DNA of 64,000 nt, taken from contig NMRA01000007.1 in the NCBI GenBank assembly GCA_002633005.1, forward strand, positions 1,192,362 to 1,256,361, written 5' to 3'. The stretch comes from Phoronis australis. Its lineage: Eukaryota > Animalia > Phoronida. The notes under the pieces were generated by a model that did no database searches, was not told where the DNA came from, and saw only the letters and a list, made by a program, of their open reading frames with translations. Positions 49,001-59,100 of this stretch are shown here, piece after piece. Every line of letters starts with the position of its first letter. Position 1 is the first letter of the stretch. Made by a program: the position numbers and the translations under genes.

Positions 49001-52000
49001 AACTAACAGTTCGTTATTGTTTGAAATGAGGTCAACAAGATGGACTGACTCGCCTGGTCATTCTTGTACCAATTGACCTATCGCCAGGATTTTGAGTGAC
49101 GGCGTAACTGACCAATCAGAACGCAGCATTCTCGACACACCTTCATTTCAAAGCCGCTATTTTATCTGACAAACACCACATTGTCGTGTAAAACTTATTG
49201 TTTGTCGACTTTTCACAAGGGGGCGGAGTTTACGATATGTCAATTAAACAATATCAAGCACTAACGAACTGTCAATTCTTTCCAAGCCCTGAAAAACATT
49301 TTAATCTGAATTAGGAATAGGCCGAGACCAGATTAACAACAGGAAACAATGTGGTTCCTCATAAAGAACAAATTGTATAACAGTAAGCTGATAAATCAAA
49401 AGTTTTTGCACACCTTTTCAGGTGATATAATCAGCAAGACAACTGTAGTTTATTTGAGATCAGCACAAACACAGATTCAAACGCTGGACTTCAGCAGTTG
49501 CAGTCTGGTACTTTTGCAAGCGGAATTAAACCCCACTCAGCAAGCAGACCAGTATTTTAAACCTACTGAACTGATAAGTCTCAATTTCGCAGAATGGCTG
49601 GCAGCCAACAGCAAAAATTGGCCATTTGTAATGAAATCCTCAAAACACAACAAATTTTGGTGTTTTGTAACTCTAGTCAAAACGAATACCTTCATGAAGT
49701 CTATCCCATCTAACAATGATCCCAAAAATGTGTTTCTCGTCTTCCTAAAACTGACTGTGTCCCTTTAACCCTTACCTATTCGCTAAAGCCTCGTTGATTC
49801 TTCTGTACATGTAACACTCCACATACAGCCAGGCACTGCTAAACCAACTAGGAGGCTCATCCTCAGTAGCTGATTTTATTTCCCTTTCTAAGCAGGCATT
49901 CCATAACTGGTTGTCAGCAGCACCATCTAGTGTGAAAAAGATAAAATAACTATTTACAGCAGCTGCACTTCGCCATTTTCAGTTGCCTAAAAAACAAAAT
50001 CAAATTAAGCATTTTACTGTCGTAAATTCGAACACTGAAATGATGCATATAAACATTGCCTGTGACTCGAGTTGGTAATGGAAATAGAATCCTATCATGG
50101 CAAGACCGATTTTATGACAGTAAAAAGGTCTAATTCAACTTTCTTTTTTCAGCCTGCTGAGCAGGGCAAAATGCAGCTCAAACAATCTTTAATAATCAAC
50201 TTTCTACTCAAATAGTTTTTCTCCAACAGATTCAAGACAGCATAGTCATACACGTATAGCTATTGCATTAAAAGCATATTTTGCACAGAGGCAATTTGTT
50301 GATTATTTTAGGAATATTACATAATAATCAAAGTTATTGCTCAATTTACTTGCAAGTACACAGAAGTCAGCATCTTGTCCTTAGCGCGGTTGGTTTCAAG
50401 GTCAACAGTTCAACAGCAGTAATTGAATAAGGCATTCAGTTCGATCTATAGTCCCAGATGAAAGCCAGCCGTTACTTCTACCAAATGCAGGACTGTTGTA
50501 AATGACTAGTGCCCTCAAAATGCATAATGGGCTGCATTTGATTGAAACCCTGAGAGAGTGTACCAGATCATCCGATTCAACAAACCAAGATATTTGACCT
50601 GTTCGTGACCAGGAAGTCCTCATGAGTAACCTAAATGTTTCTGTCAGCTGACCTGTTAAGCAGTTGAGTTAGAACTTTATGGTATGCAGAGCAGAAATGG
50701 CACAAGAACATTTAAGGTCCACAGATGGTTATATTTCACGCTAATGTAACAATAAAATGAACTGTAGCAGGCGGAGTTTGTAACAAAAGCAGGAATATTC
50801 CTGTTAACACGCTCAACTATAAGCAATAGCAGTGGCAGATCTCCGTTTTCAGTATTTTCAGTAAGGGGGGTTTAGGAGTCGCGCAAATCCAAGGCGCGTA
50901 GCGCCGAATGGGGGGAGGTCAGGAAGGGGTTCCCTCTCCCGTGTAAGATTTTTTGGTTTTTGTAGCTGAAATCATTTTCCTGGCGACGTTTTCTTTTAAT
51001 TTTTATTTTTGATCTTGTCCCGGGGGAGGCTTAAACCCCCTGAACCCTCCACCCCTGTAGATCGGCCTCTGAATAGCGCTTGAATCTGAAAATCTTCAAC
51101 AAGGAACTGATTGAACAGTGTAAGACTTGAAACCATTACCGTCAATGGGAAGGATAGGTTTATCAGTTTGCATCTCATTCCGAAGTTTGGAAAATCTTCC
51201 AGTGAGAGTTTTCAAATCTTCAAGACCATCCTACAGATATAAGAAAATCTCATTCAGTTATACATACTGTTGTGTGACCATGCAACATATATACAACGTA
51301 TCACTGTTAAAACAACAATAACATTAGATAGTGAACTAGAGTAAAAACAAAAGCTAAGAAAAAGTTACACTGTAGAAATGTTCAAAATGTTGAAAAGGAA
51401 TTGTAACAGTAAAATTCTCCAGTTTGGAGCTGTGAAAAAATAAGTATTTTGTTCAAGGTCAGATGTGGCATCAAGTTTTAGAAGTAGGCCAAACATTGGC
51501 CATCCCAAATTCAAGAACTCAACAAAGAAGACTTTGTACTCAACAAAGAAGACTTTGTTGATACAAAATGCAGAGTATAATATTTGAGAAATATGACAGT
51601 TGCCCATGTCCCCAATCTTCAAAATCAAAAAAAAAATCAATTTCTGTTTGAATTTCAGTGCAACAAATTTCAGAGACTGTCCCAAACTGGAGAATTTTAA
51701 AACTACAATAAAATACACACTGAGCAATTTCACAAATCGCGGATGAAATACAACGAACAGGTGAAATTTTTAACGCAAAATACTGGTAGCACGATTAAAC
51801 TGGTTTGTCATTTTTAAATTTCATTCCACAGTTACCGACAGTATTTTGAGTAATTGCTGGGTGGAATTCACAAAAATGTTACAAGCCTTTGAAAAATAAA
51901 AAAAAATAATTTAAAAAATCAATGTTTGGGAATTGGTGAGATTCACACGTCTATGGAATACTAAATAAATGCATACACAGTCTCTTCATCTCAAAAATAT

Positions 52001-55000
52001 AAAACATGAGCCGTATCTTTTTAAACATTTGAGACTGTTTTACATGGAATTCAGAAAGATAAGAATAAATTACAAAGCAAATAACATCCTTAGGCTCACC
52101 TGTCCATGGTCTTGTTTAACCTTTTCCTTCAGACGGTAACTTCGGTCGATAACCTTTGTCAAGATAATGGGCATGCGCTCTTTTACAGTGTCATATGCAA
52201 ATGTCCTAAAAAGGCATAAAGTTGAACTTTCACTACCAGAGTAACTAAATCATCCCCCATTCCAACTAGAAATAATTAAAGTGGTAAGTGCTCCAAATCA
52301 GAATATTGCTTCTTATGACGGTTTAAATTAAAGATGAAAAAACAAAGAAATAAAACTTTTTCCCTTTTAACAAATGGGGATCATGTGTCTGTCTTCCATA
52401 ACAAATGAGTGAGCAGCTGTGTAGTCTCATTCATCACTGATGGAAGTGACTTGGGTTTTACAGGCCACATGACTTCAGCCACTCAAAAACTGCTGTGCAA
52501 TAGACAACTAGTGAGTTCACAAAACTACAGTTTTCTCCCTTTCAGTATTTTGTCCGAAGTATGTAAATTATGTCAGACAGTTATGACCTTATCTGTAAAA
52601 AAACATGGCTGTCATCAGACGGTTTTTATCATGTGACCAAGAAAATGCACTGGTAATGGATGAAAGAGTCAAAAAACATCAAAAAGATAAAGCTTATTGA
52701 CACTAGCAGATAACAGTCTCTTCGCGATACTAAGCTTTATGATTTTCAGTATATTTTCACACGAAAGTTATTGTCAGTACACCGACAGCGGAATCAATCA
52801 GTTGGCAAATTACACAGGAGAGTAACCAACACTACTCCAAAAGGAGGGTTGGTAGAGAACTAATAATGAAACTGTGGCGTCAATATGCCACTTATGGATC
52901 GTGTCAACTCTGGATCATTACTAGATGACATCACAGTATTGGAGGAACTTTAAAGGAATAAATATTAAACTCATCTCACAGTCATCAAGTGTTGTTCTTG
53001 GTTTATCTACTATTTTGAAAATTGGAGAGCATCTGGTTGACACCTGAATCACTTCAAAAATTTTTGTGGAGGTTCTGCCTGAACTTGTAAAGAGACCTAA
53101 ATTAACCACGAACCAAAACATCACGCCGTGAATATGGTAGCGATCGAAAGCATTTTCCACACTTTTTTTAACTATAGAAGCATAACAGATAGATCAAGAA
53201 ATTTGATGAAATATATGCAACGTTTAGTAGAGCATGCTGTCACTTCTGTACCACTCCAACCAGCACATCACAAGGCAAACGCAAAATGTTTTGTTACCAA
53301 TATATTGTACAAAAAATTTCGTGAAAAAAATAGAACCATAAGTATTTAGACATGTTAGAACAGGTGAAAGCTTCATGGAACACAATTCAGCCTCTGTTTT
53401 TGCACTTCAAAGCCAAATATCTTTGGTAGTTGCAATGCCCAATGAAGTGAACGATAATATGTGTGCTGTCTACCTTGACACGGATTGCTTTGCATAGTTT
53501 GTTCGCAATATTTAATAGAACAGAGTCACAGGGTGATTGTTTTATAATTCAAGTATGTTTTCTAACAACTGTGAAGAACACTGTAGCCAAAACAGTCAAG
53601 CAAAGTTATAGACAGCAACACCATCTGAACTGGTCCAACACAGCTGGCACAGATGGTGGTTATCCCATGGGCTGCCACACACCGGAAGCTTTTCGGCAAA
53701 AGTAGTTGCTATAAGTACCTTTTGAGCATAGAGGGACACCTTAGAAGGCCATTGATGTAATTCACTACTTCCAACTCGAACAAATAATGCGGTAATTAAG
53801 ATTTCTTTCCAATACATTTTTGCTTGTCAACAATACCATTCTTGCAGGTGGAAGAGGTGACACCCTGTGTCCAAGTTTGAAGCATTAGCAAACTCTGCAC
53901 ATCATCAGTGTTAGTGACTGGCTTAACCCGAAGGCCTCAATGTGATTTAAAAATTTGCATGCTGATGCAAACAAAACAGAAATAGGTTAAGTTCCCAGAA
54001 ATGGTTTAGCTCTTGATTTTGATAGCTGAACAAAGGACTATTCGGAAAAAAATGTTGATTGCAAGAGTATAACTGTATTTATACATGACTTAGATGGTTT
54101 AATTAGTGTGAGGCATAGACAGTACCATGGTCTCAACTGGCCGCAGTAGAGACGTGGTCAAGCCCTCCATATGCCATGTTGCCCTAAGTGCCTTTTGCAC
54201 ATAGTACTAAGTAGGATACCTTAGACATTGTCTTCATTATTTTCACTCAAATATTCCCGTAATCAACTTTTTTCGAACAGTTGGTCCTTCATTAAGTCGC
54301 CCAAATTGGCAGCTGGCCACACCCACACTGCTCACACCAAGGTAGAGGAGAGGATACGATGCCATAGCTCCTGACGCGAGCAGTGTAAAAAAGGTCAGTT
54401 GCCGATTTGGGCAACTGAACGAAGAACTGATCAAAAAACGTTTAATTGCGAGAGTATTTGTTAGAGGTGGAAGAGTTAAAGACATCAACGGCCTCCTAAG
54501 GTGTCCCTCTATGTGCAAAAGGTACACTTATAGCAACATGATTTTAGGGAAACACATAATTCACCAAAAAGCTTTCTGCGTATGGGTTATGGGAGGCTTA
54601 TGGCTTATGCCAAGATGGCCATTGAGTCTACTGCGGATGGCCATTGTCTCTACTGTGGAAAATTTGAGGCGGTGGTATTGTCTATGTGAGGTATAATTTG
54701 TCAAAAATGTACTAGCTTACACTACAGCCACAGGCTACTTATGGACTAGGCAATGACCATCGCCTCTGTTGGCCCGAACCAGAGGCGATGCAGAGGCTAT
54801 AGGCGCTCTGTACGCCGGAAGCTTTTCGGTGAATTATGCCTCGCACCGACTAAACCATCAGAGTCACGTTGTTATAAATACCTTTTGCGCATATAGGAAC
54901 ACCTGAGGAGGTTGTCGATGTGTTTATTTCCTTCCAACTCGAACAAATACTCCCATTATCAAACCTTTTCTTCGAGCAGTACCTATTTCAGTTCCCAAAA

Positions 55001-55978
55001 TCGTGAACTCACCATTTTTATACTGCGCACGCTCCAATTTTTACCGCGCTCGCTAGGTGATGTGATTTCGTGACCTCAATCTTTAAATAGGCCAAAGGTG
55101 AGCCATTGCGGTCTTGTCAGTCAAATGTTCGTTTCCAAAATGCCACCACTTATACTTGTCTTTAATTGGCGTTACTTGAAACTAATTGTATTTCAATGAA
55201 TTATTGTTTGTATTTGATAAAAATAAATGCTGTTGATATGACATTTAATAGTCTTTGTGCACATATTTGACATTTTAATGATTAACAACACGGCAAATGC
55301 ACGGCTGGTTCCCGGCAGCAGTACGCGAAGGGCGGGAACTTCAGCTTTCAAAGCTCGCCGGTAGGTCCGCAACTTCTGACCTTCGGCCTGGTTAAAAAAA
55401 TGAAAATGTTGATTTCACGATTTTGGGAACTGAAATAGGGACTGCTCGAAGGAAAAGTTTCATAACGGGAGTATTTGTTCGAGTTAGAAGGAATTAAACA
55501 CGTGACTTTGATGGTTTAGTCGGTGCGAGGCATAATTCGCCGAAAAGCTTCCGGCGTACAGAGCGCCTATAGCATCTGCATCGCCTCTGGTTCGGGCCAA
55601 CAGAGGCGATGGTCATTGCCTACTTATGGACTAGACAGCGACCACAGTCTCTACTGGCTCCGCATTAGGAAGGTGGTCAGTGTCTACTTAGTTAATAGGC
55701 AATGACCATCGCATCTGGTTCGGGCCAACAGAGGCGATGGTCATTGCCTACTTAGTTTATAAACATGAGCAAGTTACTATTTAGGGTGTGCCGTTGCCAA
55801 CGACGTTGGCGTAGCAGTATAAGGCCGCTTTTTACGACATGTCATTTGTATGAATTGGTAAATGTCTCTCAACTGAAGCAGACACTCGCCCAACTTCTAT
55901 AACAATGCAAACTGCAGTCATGATGTGTTACCCTTTATACTTCGCAGAAAGTGGACCTGGCACCTGTTGGCTATCCAT
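45285..55978 (-). CDS. ARMT1: Damage-control phosphatase ARMT1 (DUF89 family), 6 exons, 441 aa
   Basis: complement join(55932-55978,52100-52205,51140-51230,49776-49926,47903-48068,45285-46049); 1326 nt; all GT-AG and phase-compatible. Motifs FAYDTVKERMP, WLYVECYMYRRI, LWGNKFDLS, VLDNAGFE, PWFVSD, FKGDLNYRKL, RTLKAD. Confidence 0.95.
46713..47045. mobile_element. Fold-back MITE: arms of about 130 bp, 74-nt spacer
   Basis: 46713-46842 is a near-perfect reverse complement of 46917-47045. Confidence 0.9.
47125..47285. mobile_element. Palindromic MITE
   Basis: TGAATGGTT..TATTATGAGGAAC..TAGAAAAAATATCACT / AGTGACATTTTTTCTA..GTTCCTCATAATA..AACCATTCA. Confidence 0.7.
47903..48068 (-). CDS. ARMT1: ARMT1 exon 5
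   Basis: VFLRSYDPFRELKESGF...LFEQMIE; CAG acceptor, GTAGGT donor. Confidence 0.9.
48660..48822. mobile_element. Palindromic MITE
   Basis: GACCC..TTGGAGGAATTA / TAATTCCTCCAA..GGGTC symmetry. Confidence 0.55.
48958..49320. mobile_element. MITE with inverted ends; related palindrome at about 10325-10465
   Basis: ATTCAGATT..GGCTTGG..ACAGTTCGTTA / TAACGAACTGT..CCAAGCC..AATCTGAAT. Confidence 0.6.
49776..49926 (-). CDS. ARMT1: ARMT1 exon 4
   Basis: DGAADNQLWN...PSWFSSAWLYVECYMYRRINEAL; TAG acceptor, GTAAGG donor. Confidence 0.93.
50830..51071. mobile_element. CAG...CTG MITE with 5-bp TSD (same family as 12877-12977)
   Basis: TIRs CAGTGGCAGATCT / AGATCGGCCTCTG; AATAG on both flanks. Confidence 0.65.
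51140..51230 (-). CDS. ARMT1: ARMT1 exon 3
   Basis: DGLEDLKTLTGRFSKLRNEMQTDKPILPI; TAG acceptor, GTAATG donor. Confidence 0.92.
52100..52205 (-). CDS. ARMT1: ARMT1 exon 2
   Basis: TFAYDTVKERMPIILTKVIDRSYRLKEKVKQDHGQ; TAG acceptor, GTGAGC donor. Confidence 0.93.
53680..54582. mobile_element. Older long-TIR element related to 54747-55622
   Basis: 53680-53805 inverted against about 54435-54582; shares CCGGAAGCTTTTCGG and CTTCCAACTCGAACAAATA with the neighbour. Confidence 0.7.
54747..55622. mobile_element. Non-autonomous DNA transposon with TIRs longer than 200 bp (TAGGC...GCCTA) and a 9-bp TSD (Academ/MULE-like)
   Basis: 54747-55020 inverted against 55403-55622; CTTATGGAC at 54738-54746 and 55623-55631. 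Confidence 0.88.
55696..55750. mobile_element. 55-bp minimal derivative of the same element
   Basis: TAGGCAATGACCATCGC...GCGATGGTCATTGCCTA; flanks CTTAGTTAA / CTTAGTTTA. Confidence 0.85.
55932..55978 (-). CDS. ARMT1: ARMT1 exon 1 (MDSQQVPGPLSAKYKG)
   Basis: ARMT1-type VPxxLS N-terminus; GTAACA donor; phase 2 matches exon 2. Confidence 0.87.
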
Positions 55979-56116
55979 TATAGTGTGCGCTAACAATAAC
56001 ACACTTGGCAAAACCGGCTTCGCAAAGGAGTGTGGGTAAAATCAATAACTTCCGTCAACAAACCTGTAAAACATTAACATGGTAATCGAGCTGAAACTAG
56101 TCATCGTGGAGTAGTA
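55979..56116. promoter_or_regulatory. Bidirectional promoter/5'UTR region shared by ARMT1 and the dehydrogenase gene
   Basis: Divergent ATGs are 138 bp apart; ETS/GABP-like ACTTCCG at 56048-56054. Confidence 0.7.
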
Positions 56117-56168
56117 ATGGTCAAAATTGCTGTCTTAGGATGTGGGCTGATGGGAGTGAAGATTGCAG
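56117..56168 (+). CDS. Dehydrogenase exon 1
   Basis: MVKIAVLGCGLMGVKIA; CAG|GTTTGA donor, phase 1. Confidence 0.87.
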
Positions 56169-59100
56169 GTTTGAGAAATCGTGCTTTTCACGCTTGTGAG
56201 ATATTTAAAAGAAGTGAGCACCTGTAAGAAATGCTTGCACGTCTGTGATAGGCATCGCCCTGGATGCCGCATGCATACTGAAGCGTGTTCAACAGAGTGA
56301 GCGCCCGCTAGCGTGTAGTCGCGAACACAAGGAACAGCTCCTGAACAGCTGTGAGCGCTCACTGTGCGATCCAGTATGGCGACTCTGAAGCAGATTGTGT
56401 TGAACGTCTTAGCCGATGAGCTTAACACTAACAGTCCTTCCTATGGCGTACTGAGCGATAAATACGATTAATCTTTGCCAATATTAATATCGGCAGCCCA
56501 AGACAACAACCGTGAAGGCTTTGGAATGACAAGAATCGAAAATTACGCTTAGGAAACTGCCGTCCTCGCTACAGCGACCCACAATTTAAGTCGCACTTTC
56601 GGATGAGTCAGTCAACTTTTGAGGTTATTTTTGGTGTTGCAGAACCATAATGGGTTCATATGTTGCAGACGTGAAGCCTTCGCAGGACGCCATCTTGGAA
56701 ATCTAAGTGAACATGCTCTCGATGTTGTTCGCGAGCGCTAACATAAACACAGCTGTTGAGGACAAGGGCGCTCAAATCGCTCGTGGGCGCTCACTCTATT
56801 GAACACGCTTCTGGCGATAACACAGGCGTCCTCAGCTTCTGATCGTCCCCAATACACAACATATGATACTACAAGGTATGACACTCCGGACTTCAGCCGT
56901 CCATAGCAAACACAAAACTCAATGAATTTACACAAATCAGAGGTTCAACAAACCATTAGGAATTGTTCTTTCTCCCAATACCATTTATGGTGTCCTGCTG
57001 CAATGAGTTTGCAAGAAATTGGCAACTCACTGTTGTGTTTTGCTTGGAAATTAGCCTCATTGCAAACATATGTGAAGCACATTTCTGAAGCATCTTTTGA
57101 AGTATTTTTTATTTCAGTTATTTTCAAAATTGTAAATGCTTTTAAATTTTAAGTCACGCTTGCCGCTATATGAATCAGTGACATCACGTAGTTCTCAGCT
57201 CAGATGGAATTTCATGGTGTGCCACTATTTTATTTTTTAAAAGAACCCATTTGGTTGCAGATTTGATAAATCATGTTTTATCGGTTCCAAAGTTTCAGAA
57301 AGGCATGGTGGGGTCTTGTAAAACTGTTTGAATGACCTACGTTTTCCATATGTGGCATATGTAGATTGACTTGTCAAACCCAGAGCTATACCAACGTTAT
57401 GATTGATTAACACTGATTTGACTCAATAAGAATCTGTTGAAGTTCAGTACTCTCTTCTCATACTTCAAACGCTCTTTCTGACTCCTACAATCAGAATTTT
57501 TTCAAATAAAGAATGTTGGCGAGGCACAGTTTTGAAAGGTAGGTGGGGATTATAAACATATTTATTTATACTTTACCTTATATGTTTCCAAACATAGACA
57601 TCGAGGAATCGACAAGTATTTTTAGTCTGTATATTAAAAGAATTGCTATGGAATCGCAAACGACTTGGTGCATTCTGAACGCATGTCCCCAAAGCCATTA
57701 GTGTTAAGTGAACCAAGAGTGCATGCGACTTTTCGCAAGCATGTCACGCAAACTAAATCAAAGAGTATCGGTATACAGACGTATAGCACACCTGCCCTCA
57801 GATCTCGAAAGGTTAAATTAGAATTTAAGTCTGTGTATTATGTATCTGTCTCGAAGAAACCTGCTAGCACGTATTGTATTGTCTGTATTTGTTACAGATT
57901 ACCGTGGTGAATGTTCTTCATTTTGTATGGAAAATTATGAATTTTTGATGAGCTTAGTAAGTTGAATCTTAAAATTTGTTCTCATTTGTCAAAATTATCT
58001 TTCATATAGTTTTTAATCCCCAACACCGCACGTGGTCACTTTTCAGTTATTGCATCAACGCATTGTTAGCTAATCAATTGATTTTTTCTCTCAGACACTG
58101 CAAGTCAATCTACATAATGCCATACATGGAAAAAAGTAGGTCATTCGCAGTTTCACATGACACACCATGCCTTTCTGCAATTTTGGAACGAAGTAAGCAA
58201 GGCTGGGAATTGGTTCTCAAAACTGGGACCTATTCTTTTTTAAACTTGTGGTTCATGAAAGTTCATGAATGATCAAAGTCTTGGTATGGTTTCAACAACA
58301 CGACTGCAAAAGCTGCTTGCAGGGTGCAAAGTCACCTATTCGGACCCAACATCAAATGCAATGTAAAATTAATTCATTTTTTTGAAAGCACACTTTTACA
58401 GTTGTAAAAATGAACTGACAAGCCGGATGGATGCATTAATGTAGCTTGGGTGTCCATCCCCGGCGGTGAGACACCATTGTTTTGATTGAAATGGAATCCA
58501 ATCTTTTGTTTTTCAATACCTTTCCCTATAATTACACAGTCATGATAATGCCACGGATCAAATGGAGTTCTTTGATGCTTCAAAAGGAATATTCCTAGCT
58601 AACATGTGGAAATTTGATTTGATTCAATTAGTGCTGTGTGGGTCTTTAAGACGTAATTATTTTTACACCGCTTTATATTTCTCTGGTGGATGTGCACATC
58701 AAGTGGCTTTGTATTTTGGGAGATCCAGGTTATTAATTCTGTTCATCCAAAGAAAAACATACATTTTCCTGTAACTAAGCGGTCCGTAATATTTGATGAG
58801 AAAGCTGGTTATAATCAATAGTCTTGTAAAGCCTATGTGAGGCCAGGCCACCAAGGTTGTAACGTAATGGAACAGTGCCAAAATGAAGACGTGTATAATT
58901 ACATATTAAGCAATTTCTATCGCTATCTATCTACCTGCCTTCCATACAAAAAAAATAACTTTTGACTTAAATCACCGACCATTTTAGAATTGATCTCAAC
59001 TTGTTTCGTTTTTAAATTAGAGGTGATTTATGGACATGGAAGAAACTGACAGTTTCAACTTTGTTATTGCTTGCAAACAAGGATAATTTATGTGCAAGTC

